Source of the DNA: Kiritimatiellia bacterium
Lineage (GTDB): Bacteria; Verrucomicrobiota; Kiritimatiellia; RFP12; UBA1067
Direction of reading: 5' to 3'
DNA: 42,795 nt
Assembly: GCA_017613085.1 (NCBI GenBank)
Contig: JAGAEL010000039.1
Coordinates: 1-42,795 of the forward strand
In this document: piece after piece, positions 28,766 to 37,751 of the stretch
Position numbering within the stretch: position 1 is the first letter of the stretch
How the letters are laid out: every line of letters starts with the position of its first letter
Translations under genes and position numbers: made by a program
The notes under the pieces: generated by a model
Told to the model about the DNA's origin: nothing
Database searches by the model: none
What the model saw: only the letters and a program-made list of their open reading frames with translations

Positions 28766-29225
28766 TCAGGTGTTCCTCCTTGATTCCCTGGCGCGGCGTT
28801 AGCATCGGGTTGTAACCGTCGTCCTTTTTCGGCGGGGTGAAGGTTTTGTGACCCGCCTCGGGGGCTTTTTTCTCGTAGGGCTTATGTTCCTGGACATCCG
28901 CCGGATCGGTTTTGAACGTTTTGACGGAAGGGGCGTCTCGCGGGGTGAACGTCTGGGCGGGCGCCGTCCCCGCGTCCCCGTTGAAGGGACGGGCGGGTGC
29001 CGTCCGGCGGTCGTCCTGCACCTTCCACGTACCGGTGCGCGCGGGCGTGTACGGCGCGGCGCGCACGGCACCGGTGCGCGGTGAATAGGGCTTCGCCTCG
29101 TACGGTTTCGCCTCGAACGTCTTACGCGGTTCGTAGGTTTTCGCCTTGAACTTCACGTTCCGGTCGGCGAGGGCGGGAGAGACGGCGAGGAACGCGGCGG
29201 CAAGCAGGATGGGAAAAGATTTCAT
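28755..29225 (-). CDS. small secreted repetitive protein
   Basis: Signal peptide; recurrent K[TP][YF]x[PA] motifs; overlaps neighbours in an operon. Confidence 0.65.
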   Translation of the reverse strand: MKSFPILLAAAFLAVSPALADRNVKFKAKTYEPRKTFEAKPYEAKPYSPRTGAVRAAPYTPARTGTWKVQDDRRTAPARPFNGDAGTAPAQTFTPRDAPSVKTFKTDPADVQEHKPYEKKAPEAGHKTFTPPKKDDGYNPMLTPRQGIKEEHLNGK

Positions 29226-29821
29226 ACTTCCTCCTTCCGAAGGTTTTCGATGGTTGTGCGGAGCATCTTCTCCGAGAACGAATGGTCGGCGTTCTGCGTC
29301 AGGGTGAGCCGGAGAACGGCGGATTCCAGCTGCGCGTACAGGGCCTCCGTCATGAACTTCACGCCGAGGTCGCGTAGTTCGCCGTTGCGCACCCCCTCGA
29401 AGAGGAGCCGGTGCAGGATACGTTTGAGCCCGATGGTGTGCGCCGCGATGTCGCGGGCGACGGGGCGTCCGCCGCGTTGCGCGTCGATCAGGTAGTCGAA
29501 GATGACCGTCAGCATCGGGCGCTGCCGGTAGATCATCGCGAGAACCGCGCAGAGGAGCCGTTCCAGCCGTTGCGCCACGCTCGTGCGGGAGGAGAGGATG
29601 AAGGCGTAACGGTCTGTCAACTCGCGCGTGATCCGCCAGATCGCGGTGTTGAAAATGATCCCCTTGCTGGGGAAGTAGCGGTAGAGCGTCGTGCGCGCGA
29701 TGCCGCAGGCGTCGGCGATCTTCTGATACGTCACACCGCTGTATCCCTCTTTCGCGAAAAGCCCGACGGCTTTCGCGATGATTTCGCGCTTCCGCGCCTC
29801 ATGGTCAACCGATATTCCCAC
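29222..29821 (-). CDS. TetR/AcrR family transcriptional regulator
   Basis: LFAKEGYSGVT..IADACGIARTTLYRYFPSK HTH. Confidence 0.92.
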   Translation of the reverse strand: MGISVDHEARKREIIAKAVGLFAKEGYSGVTYQKIADACGIARTTLYRYFPSKGIIFNTAIWRITRELTDRYAFILSSRTSVAQRLERLLCAVLAMIYRQRPMLTVIFDYLIDAQRGGRPVARDIAAHTIGLKRILHRLLFEGVRNGELRDLGVKFMTEALYAQLESAVLRLTLTQNADHSFSEKMLRTTIENLRKEEV

Positions 29822-29912
29822 GTCTATTCCCTCCCGTTGGCATCACGCCTCTATTTTTCCCGAATTCCGTTCTTCCGTCAAGCGCGGATATATGCTAGAC
29901 TTTACTCCCGTC

Positions 29913-30401
29913 ATGGCGAACAAAAGGAAAAACGAGGACACACGCCCGTCTTGGGATGAATACTTCATGCGGATCGCAGAGGTGGTCGCGACGCGCGCCA
30001 ACTGTTCGCGGCGGAAAGTCGCGGCGGTCGTCGTCTCCGAACACCGTATCATTTCGACCGGCTACAACGGTACGCCGCGCGGCGTGAAGAACTGTTTTGA
30101 GGGCGGTTGCCCGCGTTGTTCCGGGAAGGCCCCTTCCGGCGCTTCGCTGGAGGAGTGCATCTGCGTCCACGCGGAGCAGAATGCGATCTGCCAGGCCGCG
30201 TATTACGGCATCCGCCTTGCCGGGGCCACGATCTACGTGACGATCAGCCCCTGCCTGACCTGTGCGAAATTGATTGTCAACGCGGGAATCCGCGAAGTTG
30301 TCTACGGCGGCGATTACGCCTTTTCCGGGCAGACGAAGAAGCTCCTGCGCGAGGCCGGGGTCGTCTGCCGCCGTTATGTAGCCCCCGCTTTGGAAGAGTG
30401 A
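29913..30401 (+). CDS. dCMP deaminase family protein (ComEB-like)
   Basis: [28 protein letters not shown]. Confidence 0.92.
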   Translation: MANKRKNEDTRPSWDEYFMRIAEVVATRANCSRRKVAAVVVSEHRIISTGYNGTPRGVKNCFEGGCPRCSGKAPSGASLEECICVHAEQNAICQAAYYGIRLAGATIYVTISPCLTCAKLIVNAGIREVVYGGDYAFSGQTKKLLREAGVVCRRYVAPALEE

Positions 30402-30403
30402 CC

Positions 30404-30970
30404 ATGAAAAACGTGAATCTTGAGAAAGTCGTCGGACTCGTCCGCGAACTCCTCCTTGAACTCGGCGAGGATGTCGAACGCGACGGGTTGAAAGGTACGC
30501 CCATGCGCGTCGCGAAGTCGCTTTCCTTCCTGACGTCGGGTTACGCCAAGACGCCGCGCAAGGTATTGAACAACGCCGTCTTCGACATCGGCATGAACCA
30601 CATGGTCGTCTTGCGCGACATCGAGGTCTACAGTCTCTGCGAACACCACCTGTTGCCGTTCTTCGGCAAATGCCATGTGGCGTACATCGCGCAGGGGAAG
30701 GTGCTGGGGGTGAGCAAGCTGGCGCGCATCGTCGATTGCTTCGCGCGCCGCCTGCAGATCCAGGAGCGGTTGACCGAGCAGATCGCCAACGCCGTCCTCG
30801 AGGCGTCCGGCGCGGAAGGGGTCGGCGTGGTGATGGAGTGCCGCCACCTCTGCATGATGATGCGGGGCGTCGAGAAGCAGAACGCGGTCATGTCCACCTC
30901 TGCCGTGCTGGGGTCTTTCCGCGACGATCCCGCCGTCCGGCAGGAATTCCTGAAATTGGCCGTCCCATGA
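30404..30970 (+). CDS. folE: GTP cyclohydrolase I
   Basis: [40 protein letters not shown]. Confidence 0.96.
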   Translation: MKNVNLEKVVGLVRELLLELGEDVERDGLKGTPMRVAKSLSFLTSGYAKTPRKVLNNAVFDIGMNHMVVLRDIEVYSLCEHHLLPFFGKCHVAYIAQGKVLGVSKLARIVDCFARRLQIQERLTEQIANAVLEASGAEGVGVVMECRHLCMMMRGVEKQNAVMSTSAVLGSFRDDPAVRQEFLKLAVP

Positions 30971-31914
30971 AACTTGCGCTTTCGACCAATTGGAACGCCC
31001 GCCGGCACGAGTTTGGCGAAGGTCTTGTCGATGACGCGCTGGAACTCGGTTTCGACGCGCTGGAGCTCGGTTACGATACGACCGAGCAGCAGGCGGACGG
31101 CGTTCGGCGGCGTATCGAGGAAGGGAAAATCGAGGTGGGGAGTGTGCATGCCTTCTGCCCCGTCCCCTTCAACGCGCCGCACGGATACCCGGAACTGCAC
31201 CTTCTGGCCTCGGAAGACGAGGACGAACGCGCGATGGCCGCCCTGCTTCTGAAGAAGACGCTCTCCTTCGCCCAGCGCATGGACGCGAAGGCCGTCGTCC
31301 TCCACGCCGGGCGCGTCTACCTCCGTTCCTTCTGGGGGGATCTCGGCTCGAACATACTGGTGGACCGGTTCGATGTCGAGGGGAAACTGGAAGCGAAACG
31401 GTATCAGCGTTACCTCAAAGCCGCCCTCCGCCGCCGCGCGCGGCGCGCGAAGAAGATCATGTCGCATTTTTGTGCCGCGCTGGAACCGATCCTCCCCCTT
31501 TTCGAGAAAGCGGGCGTCCAGCTCTGTCTGGAAAACCTTCCCTCCATCGAAGCCTATCCGGACGAGGAAGAGATCGCCGTCCTCATGGAACGTTTCAAAG
31601 GCTCGCCCCTCCGTTACTGGCACGACATCGGGCACGGCCAGATCCGCGCCAACATGGGGTGGAGCGGCGACCATCTGGAGACGGTCAGGAAACTGCTGCC
31701 GATCATCGGCGGAATCCACATCCACGATTGTGTGCCCCCGGCGAACGACGCGCATATCGCCGCCGGCGAGGGAGAGACGGATTTTGCGCAATTCGCGTTT
31801 TTCGGCGAGGCGGACATCCTCCGCGTCTTTGAACCCAGTCCGCGTGTGAGTTGGGAATCGTTGCAAAAATCCGTCGCCCTCATCCGGAAACTCTGGATCC
31901 CTCCGCAGGGGTAG
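30967..31914 (+). CDS. sugar-phosphate isomerase/epimerase (xylose-isomerase-like TIM barrel)
   Basis: ENLP, DIGH, HIHD, HI..GEG, FE metal motifs; ATGA overlap with folE. Confidence 0.8.
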   Translation: MKLALSTNWNARRHEFGEGLVDDALELGFDALELGYDTTEQQADGVRRRIEEGKIEVGSVHAFCPVPFNAPHGYPELHLLASEDEDERAMAALLLKKTLSFAQRMDAKAVVLHAGRVYLRSFWGDLGSNILVDRFDVEGKLEAKRYQRYLKAALRRRARRAKKIMSHFCAALEPILPLFEKAGVQLCLENLPSIEAYPDEEEIAVLMERFKGSPLRYWHDIGHGQIRANMGWSGDHLETVRKLLPIIGGIHIHDCVPPANDAHIAAGEGETDFAQFAFFGEADILRVFEPSPRVSWESLQKSVALIRKLWIPPQG

Positions 31915-32635
31915 GGGGGATCTTGGGCGAACCGAGCAACCGCGCCGCGAACAGGAGCGTGCCGAGGAAGAGGACGGCGAAACCGAGAAAAACCCAAAGT
32001 ACCCCCGGATCGCGGTTGAACTGCAGCACCGTGTAGCGGACGGGATTCCCCGCACGGTCGCGCGCCTCCCCCCAGCTCATCTGATAGATCCAGTAGCCGC
32101 AGACGCGCCCGGGATGGTTCACGCGGATGTCGAGCGGGTAGGGGGCTTTCCCCTCCTCGCCGATTGTCACATGGCTGCGGTATTCCTTTACCGGACTGTC
32201 CGCGTCGCCGTAGCGTTTAACGAAAAATTTTTCCAGTTCCACGCTGAACGGAATCCGTCCGGCGGGTATGTCCAGCATTTCACCCTTCCACAGCAGATCG
32301 CTCTTCTCGCCGTCGACGAGCGCCATCGACCCGGAAAACGGCCGTTCCGGCGACGCCGTGCGTTCGGCGATCCGTCCCGCGCACCAGCCGGACAGGATCA
32401 ACGCGCAACCGAGGTGCATTATCGCGGCGGCGGACTGTCGTCTCCGCCAGGAACGCCCCCCGCAGAAGAGCATCGCGGCGGCAATGGCCGCGACGGCGCC
32501 GATTATGACCGGATGGGACATGAAGGAGGCGGCGCGTTCTGCGCCGGGAAAGGCCAACGCAACGGCCGCGAGCGAGAGAAGTCCGCAGAACACGGCGGCG
32601 ACACGGAGCGAAAAAAACGTTGAAAGAAAAGACAT
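31880..32635 (-). CDS. ResB/CcsB-like cytochrome c biogenesis protein (short form)
   Basis: TM with conserved His (IMHLG), LEKFFV..Y, IRVNHP...GY.IYQ.SW, RDPG followed by a TM. Confidence 0.75.
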   Translation of the reverse strand: MSFLSTFFSLRVAAVFCGLLSLAAVALAFPGAERAASFMSHPVIIGAVAAIAAAMLFCGGRSWRRRQSAAAIMHLGCALILSGWCAGRIAERTASPERPFSGSMALVDGEKSDLLWKGEMLDIPAGRIPFSVELEKFFVKRYGDADSPVKEYRSHVTIGEEGKAPYPLDIRVNHPGRVCGYWIYQMSWGEARDRAGNPVRYTVLQFNRDPGVLWVFLGFAVLFLGTLLFAARLLGSPKIPPTPAEGSRVSG

Positions 32636-32641
32636 GGGGGA

Positions 32642-32670
32642 ATCCTAGCAGACGCGCCCTCCCGCCGCAA
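32642..32670 (-). promoter_or_regulatory. putative promoter of the resB-like gene
   Basis: TTGCGG-N17-TAGGAT with TGn on the minus strand, immediately before the start codon. Confidence 0.45.
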
Positions 32671-32801
32671 GAATCAAATGCCCCCCATTTTCTTCTTGCA
32701 ACGAGCCGATGGAAATGGTTTCATGGAGGCGTACCTGTCCGATGCGCAAGGGGAGAATCGCGTCGCGTCCAGGTCGTGATTGCTGGAAAGGGAGAAATCC
32801 G

Positions 32802-35726
32802 ATGAAATTCGTTCCTTTTGTTACGGCGTTGGCAAGTTCCTTGACCGTATGTGTTTCCGTTTCCGCCGAGACGGCGTGCGAGAAGGCGGGGAAGGCTGCC
32901 GCGCCCCCCGTTCCGCTTCGGCTGGAAGCGGAGAACGGTGAAATGCTGCCGAATGTAAAAGGCGAGAAACCCGGTCCGTACCAGCAGATCCCCGGTGTTT
33001 CAGGCGGGGCGATACTGGCCTTCTTTCAGCAGGGGAAAGGCGTCCGTTACGGCAAGCCGCCCGCCGCCGCGAAGTGGGTGGTCGCCTGTTTCGGGACGAA
33101 TAACGGCGGCAAGGACGCCAAGGTGCAGTTCTTCGACGGCGAGCGGTATCTCGGCGAGATGGTGTTTCCCGATACCGGCGACTTCCACCAGTTGCAGGAT
33201 TTCCAGGTTGCCCGTATCGAGATCCCGAAGGACGCGGACCTCCGTATCGTCGCGCCGGAGCTTCCGGTAAACATCGACTATTTCGACTTCTATGATACGG
33301 AGCAGCCGCCGGCACTTCCCAAACCGAATATCCCGCGTGTGGAGGAGCTTCGCGACAAACTCTTTGCCGGCGAGTACGGCACGTTCGACGAGATTATCTT
33401 TGCCACGCGCACCCACACGCCCGAACACTGGTACGCCAACTTCGGCTATTACTGCTACGACAGGAGTTTTACGATCCTCAACCGCCAGGGCCGTCTCGCC
33501 GCGTACAACCTCCGCACGCGGTCTTTCCGCAAGATTCTGGAGGATATCGCCGGCTCGGTCCGCGATCCGTGCGTCCACTACGATGGGCGGACGATCGTGT
33601 TCTCCTACCGTCCCGGCGATCAGGAACGTTACCACCTCTTCACCATCCAGTCCGACGGCACGGGGCTGAGGCAGCTCACGTTCGGCGAATACGACGACAT
33701 CGAACCGGCGTGGCTGCCCGACGGCGACATTGTGTTCGTCTCCGCCCGCGCGCGCCGTTGGGTGAACTGCTGGCTCACGCAGGTGGCGACGGTCTACCGC
33801 ATGAAGCCGGACGGTTCCGATATCCGTATGCTCTCCTCCAACATCGAGCACGATAACACGCCGTGGCCGCTCCACGACGGGCGTGTCGCCTATATGCGCT
33901 GGGAGTATGTCGATCGCCGTCAGGTGACGTTCCACCACCTCTGGACGATGAACCCCGACGGTACACAGCACCAGATCCTGCAAGGCAACACCTACCCCGA
34001 AAGCGTCTATATCGATGCGAAGCCGATCCCCGGTTCCGACGACATCGTGTTGATCGATTCCCCCGGTCACGGCAGGACGGAACACGGCGGGTTCCTCAGC
34101 GTCCTTTCCGTCAAGTCCGGTCCCGACAAGCGCTCCAACGTCCGCCACATCTCGAAAGGAAACAAGATTTGGTATGACTCGTGGGCGTTTTCTCCCGATC
34201 TCTTTATGGCGACCGATGGCGACGGCGTGTTCCTGATGAACCGCAGGGGAGAGACCGAGCGCCTCTTCGGGATGCCGCCCGAATACACGAAATTCGAAGG
34301 CATGATGCTGGGCAGCAGGATCAGCGAACCGCGTCCCCTCATGCCGCACAAACGGGAACGGCTCTTGGTGGACCGCACGGACCTCGCCTCCAAGACAGGC
34401 GAGTTCTATCTGGAGAACGTCATGATCAGCCGTAGTTTGCAGGGGGTGAAGCCCGGCACGATTAAGAAGCTGATGATCATGGAGTCGCTTCCCAAACCGA
34501 TTAACTACACGGGCGGCATGGATCCGCTCACCTACGGAGGTTCCTTCACGCTCACGCGCCAGCTAGGTTCGGTGCCGGTGGAGGAGGACGGCAGCGCCTA
34601 CTTCCGGGTGCCCGCGCTCCGCCCGCTCTTCTTCATCGCCCTCGACGCGGAAGGGCGCGCCGTGAAACGGATGCAGAGTTTCACGCAGGTGATGCCCGGC
34701 GAGAAGCAGGGGTGCGTGGGCTGCCACGAACGCAAGACGGAGAATACCGTACACCGCGTCGGCACGGTTTCGAAAGCTCTTTCGCGGGGACCCTCCGAAA
34801 TCGATCCCTCCAGCCTTGTGTTCGACGTGCCGGACTTCCCGCGTGACGTCCAGCCCGTCCTCGACCGTTCCTGCGTCCGTTGCCACAACCCGGACAAGCG
34901 CAGCGGCGGCGTCGATCTCTGCGGCGACCGGGGACCGATGTTCTCCCTTGCCTACTACAACCTCATCGCGCACAATCAGGTGTATGACGGCCGCAACTCC
35001 TCGCGGAGCGACTGGCCGCCCTACGAACGCGGCAGCGGCGGAAGCCCGCTGATGGAGAAGATTTCCGGCAAGCACCACGGTGCGACGGTGACACCCGCCG
35101 ACCGCAAGGTGATCATGCAATGGCTCGACACCTCCGCGCCGTATCCCGGCACGTACGGCGCGCTCGGTTGCGGTTCCATCGGCGGCTATCGCCAGAACAA
35201 GCAGATGGTGAACACCGATACGTTCCGCCCCGCCACGGTCGCCGCGCAGGAGGTGATCCGGCGCCGGTGTGATACCTGTCATACGTCTGCGATGCGTCTG
35301 CCCCATGCGGTCTCTGACGAGAACGGAATCAGTTTCTGGACGCCGAACTGGAACGATCCCCGCCTGACGAAATGGCACCGCCACATGCTTTTCAACCTGT
35401 CCCGTCCCGAAAAGTCGCTTTTCCTCAAGGCGCCCCTTGCGAAAGAAGCGGGTGGTCTCGGTATGGGAAAGGAGGGGAAATCCGTTTTCAAATCGACGGA
35501 AGACGCGGACTACAAGGCGATCCTCGCGATGATCCAGGACGGACACGACGTGCTGGAGAAGGAGAAGCGGTTCGATATGCAGGGCTTCCGTCCGCCGAAA
35601 CCGTATCTCCGCGAAATGAAGCGGTATGGGATTCTTCCGGCGTCTTTCGACCTCGACAAGGATCCCGCCGATCCCTACATCCTCGACCGCAAGTATTGGG
35701 CGCTCGACTGGACGCAGTTGAAATAA
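32802..35726 (+). CDS. secreted HZS-alpha (HzsA)-like protein: CBM-like N-domain, TolB-like propeller, three CxxCH motifs
   Basis: GGAGA RBS and signal peptide; LEAE...NIDYF CBM6/35-like domain; QLT..EYDDIEP.WLPDG.IVF propeller; VPVEEDGSAYF.VPA...GE..GCVGCHE; CVRCH; CDTCH. Confidence 0.8.
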   Translation: MKFVPFVTALASSLTVCVSVSAETACEKAGKAAAPPVPLRLEAENGEMLPNVKGEKPGPYQQIPGVSGGAILAFFQQGKGVRYGKPPAAAKWVVACFGTNNGGKDAKVQFFDGERYLGEMVFPDTGDFHQLQDFQVARIEIPKDADLRIVAPELPVNIDYFDFYDTEQPPALPKPNIPRVEELRDKLFAGEYGTFDEIIFATRTHTPEHWYANFGYYCYDRSFTILNRQGRLAAYNLRTRSFRKILEDIAGSVRDPCVHYDGRTIVFSYRPGDQERYHLFTIQSDGTGLRQLTFGEYDDIEPAWLPDGDIVFVSARARRWVNCWLTQVATVYRMKPDGSDIRMLSSNIEHDNTPWPLHDGRVAYMRWEYVDRRQVTFHHLWTMNPDGTQHQILQGNTYPESVYIDAKPIPGSDDIVLIDSPGHGRTEHGGFLSVLSVKSGPDKRSNVRHISKGNKIWYDSWAFSPDLFMATDGDGVFLMNRRGETERLFGMPPEYTKFEGMMLGSRISEPRPLMPHKRERLLVDRTDLASKTGEFYLENVMISRSLQGVKPGTIKKLMIMESLPKPINYTGGMDPLTYGGSFTLTRQLGSVPVEEDGSAYFRVPALRPLFFIALDAEGRAVKRMQSFTQVMPGEKQGCVGCHERKTENTVHRVGTVSKALSRGPSEIDPSSLVFDVPDFPRDVQPVLDRSCVRCHNPDKRSGGVDLCGDRGPMFSLAYYNLIAHNQVYDGRNSSRSDWPPYERGSGGSPLMEKISGKHHGATVTPADRKVIMQWLDTSAPYPGTYGALGCGSIGGYRQNKQMVNTDTFRPATVAAQEVIRRRCDTCHTSAMRLPHAVSDENGISFWTPNWNDPRLTKWHRHMLFNLSRPEKSLFLKAPLAKEAGGLGMGKEGKSVFKSTEDADYKAILAMIQDGHDVLEKEKRFDMQGFRPPKPYLREMKRYGILPASFDLDKDPADPYILDRKYWALDWTQLK

Positions 35727-35730
35727 CGTG

Positions 35731-36522
35731 CTACACGTCGATTGTCGGGACGGTGCCGATGTGCGCTTCGCCGCTGTAGACGGGAAGGATGCCTCCCGTG
35801 GTCTGGAGGCGCAACGCGCCGTCCTCCTGGATTCCGTCGGCGGTGCCGGTGACGATATCTCCCAGCCGGTCGATACTGATCGTTGTCCCGTAGAGCAGGT
35901 CGCGTTTCCGGATAGCCGGTAAGAACGGCGCGAGTCCTTCGGATTGCCAACGGGTGTAAAGCGGCTCAAAGCGGTTCAGGACGGCGGCCAGCACGTCCGT
36001 CCGGGCGAAGGAACGCCCCGTCTCCATGAAGAGCGAAGTCGCACGCGGATGGAGTTCTTCGGGAAGGGATTCCTCGCGTAGATTGACATTGAGTCCGATT
36101 CCCGTGATGATGGCGCGGACGTGCGCCGCTTCCGCCTGCATTTCACAGAGGATGCCGCAGACCTTCCTGCCGCCGATCAGGATGTCGTTCGGCCATTTGA
36201 TGCGCGGTTCGAGTCCGGCGTCGAGCGATTCAACCGCCTCGGCGACGGCAAGCCCCGCGACGAGCGGGAGGGAGGCGGCGCGGGCAAGTTCGACGTCCGG
36301 CCGCAGCAAGAGCGAGAAATAAAGGTTCACGCCTTTCGGCGAGAACCATTCGCGCGTCTGGCGGCCGCGCCCCGCAGTCTGGGTTTCGGCGATGACGACC
36401 ACGCCTTCCGGCGTACCTTCGTTTGCGAGTTTTTCGCAATCGCGGTTCGTCGATCCGGTCGATTCGCAGTAGCGCAAATCACGTCCGATTATTTTTGTTT
36501 GTAGCAACGGCAGGTCTTTCAT
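35731..36522 (-). CDS. birA: biotin--[acetyl-CoA-carboxylase] ligase (no HTH)
   Basis: STN, QTAGRGR..R.W.SP, KWPND, KVCGILCE, GIGLNV. Confidence 0.95.
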   Translation of the reverse strand: MKDLPLLQTKIIGRDLRYCESTGSTNRDCEKLANEGTPEGVVVIAETQTAGRGRQTREWFSPKGVNLYFSLLLRPDVELARAASLPLVAGLAVAEAVESLDAGLEPRIKWPNDILIGGRKVCGILCEMQAEAAHVRAIITGIGLNVNLREESLPEELHPRATSLFMETGRSFARTDVLAAVLNRFEPLYTRWQSEGLAPFLPAIRKRDLLYGTTISIDRLGDIVTGTADGIQEDGALRLQTTGGILPVYSGEAHIGTVPTIDV

Positions 36523-36524
36523 GG

Positions 36525-37475
36525 TCAGATGGAAAAATCGAACATCAACGGGAAGTGGTCGGATCCGGTCGGCGGGCCGCGCCGAAGGTCGATGGCGCGG
36601 AGGTCGCGTGAGTAAAGGCAGTGGTCGAGCGGGATCCGAAGGAAGAACGGGAAACCGGCGTGCCACGTGGGGAAGGGGAGTCGCCCGAGGTTCGCGTCGA
36701 TTAACCCGCTCACCCGTTCAAAGGCGCGGTAACCGTGCGTGTACGGTGTCGTGTTGAAGTCGCCCATGACGATGAAACGCGGTTTGCCGGCGGCGAAGCG
36801 GGCAATCTCGCCGAGTAGTTCATTCCGTCCCTGCCAGTCCTCCCGATTCCCCGGCGCAAGCGGGTGGATGCCGAGAAAGGTAACCGGACCGGCGGCGGTC
36901 GGGATGACGACGCGGGCGCAGGGGGATTGTTCCGCGTCGTGGAAATGCAGGATCTCCGCCTTGCCGGTTTTGGCAAAGGCGGCCGCGCCGAAATTATCCG
37001 TCCGCGCTTCCGAAGCGGCGACGGGGTAACGGTTCGTCAACGGGGCGAGCCGTTCCAGCCAGCTTTCATCCGTCTCCTGCAAAAGGATGACATCCGGCGA
37101 TTCCGTCTCGATAAGTTTCAACAGGCGCGTCGCGTCGCGGTTCCCGGTGAGGACGTTCGCCTGGAGTACGCGCAGGGGCTGACGCGCCGGCACGTCGTTT
37201 CGCGGCGGAGGGGAGAGGCGGGGCGCGACGAACGCGGCGTTGACCGCGCCGAGTGCAAAGGCACCCGCCGCAAACCAGATTCCGCGAGGACGGCGTTTCG
37301 CGGTGAAGAGACGGTAGAACCCGTATCCGAGGAAACAGACGGTGAGCTGCGGCGTGACGTGGGTGAAGATTTCCAGCGTCCAGTCCAGCGAACCGAGACA
37401 GGCGGCGAGGGTCATCCAGACGCCGGTGAAGGCTGCGGCATCGACAAGTCCAGAAAGGGATAGTTGACGTTTCAT
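36525..37475 (-). CDS. membrane-anchored endonuclease/exonuclease/phosphatase family protein
   Basis: Three N-terminal TMs; QANV, LQE, GDFN, LDH, GSDH. Confidence 0.88.
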   Translation of the reverse strand: MKRQLSLSGLVDAAAFTGVWMTLAACLGSLDWTLEIFTHVTPQLTVCFLGYGFYRLFTAKRRPRGIWFAAGAFALGAVNAAFVAPRLSPPPRNDVPARQPLRVLQANVLTGNRDATRLLKLIETESPDVILLQETDESWLERLAPLTNRYPVAASEARTDNFGAAAFAKTGKAEILHFHDAEQSPCARVVIPTAAGPVTFLGIHPLAPGNREDWQGRNELLGEIARFAAGKPRFIVMGDFNTTPYTHGYRAFERVSGLIDANLGRLPFPTWHAGFPFFLRIPLDHCLYSRDLRAIDLRRGPPTGSDHFPLMFDFSI

Positions 37476-37738
37476 GCGGCCGCCTCCTTTCGTGGACGAT
37501 AACGCATGTAGAGAATGAAATCGGCGAGTACTAACACAAGGTCAAGCGCATAAAGCCCGACAACCCAGTCGAGGTTATAAAGGAACTTGTGGGTGATTCC
37601 GCAAAGATACCCAACCATGACGATCACCATGAACGCGGGACTTTTCCCCTCCACCTTTTTTGTCCGCAAGCTTTTCGCGATGGAGAACGGCCACGAAAAA
37701 CCGAAACAAGCCAGCATACCGATTTCAAAAACACTCAT
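37472..37738 (-). CDS. small 3-TM membrane protein (PQ-loop/SemiSWEET-like)
   Basis: FEIGML.CFG.SWP.SI.KS...K..GKS; AAGGG RBS. Confidence 0.7.
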   Translation of the reverse strand: MSVFEIGMLACFGFSWPFSIAKSLRTKKVEGKSPAFMVIVMVGYLCGITHKFLYNLDWVVGLYALDLVLVLADFILYMRYRPRKEAAA

Positions 37739-37751
37739 GTCGAAACCCTTC

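Noticed and set aside
32652-32663. ACGCGCCCTCCC as an intact REP
   Set aside because: Only a 12-nt half unit inside a promoter spacer; could be chance or a remnant.
32802-35726. Anammox hydrazine synthase
   Set aside because: No hzsB/hzsC neighbours and an extra CBM-like domain; only fold-level similarity.
1469-35969. Long antisense ORFs (e.g. 1469-3355, 8876-11305, 19126-20538, 23039-24454, 33000-34349, 34563-35969)
   Set aside because: Shadow frames of high-GC3 genes with no recognisable motifs.
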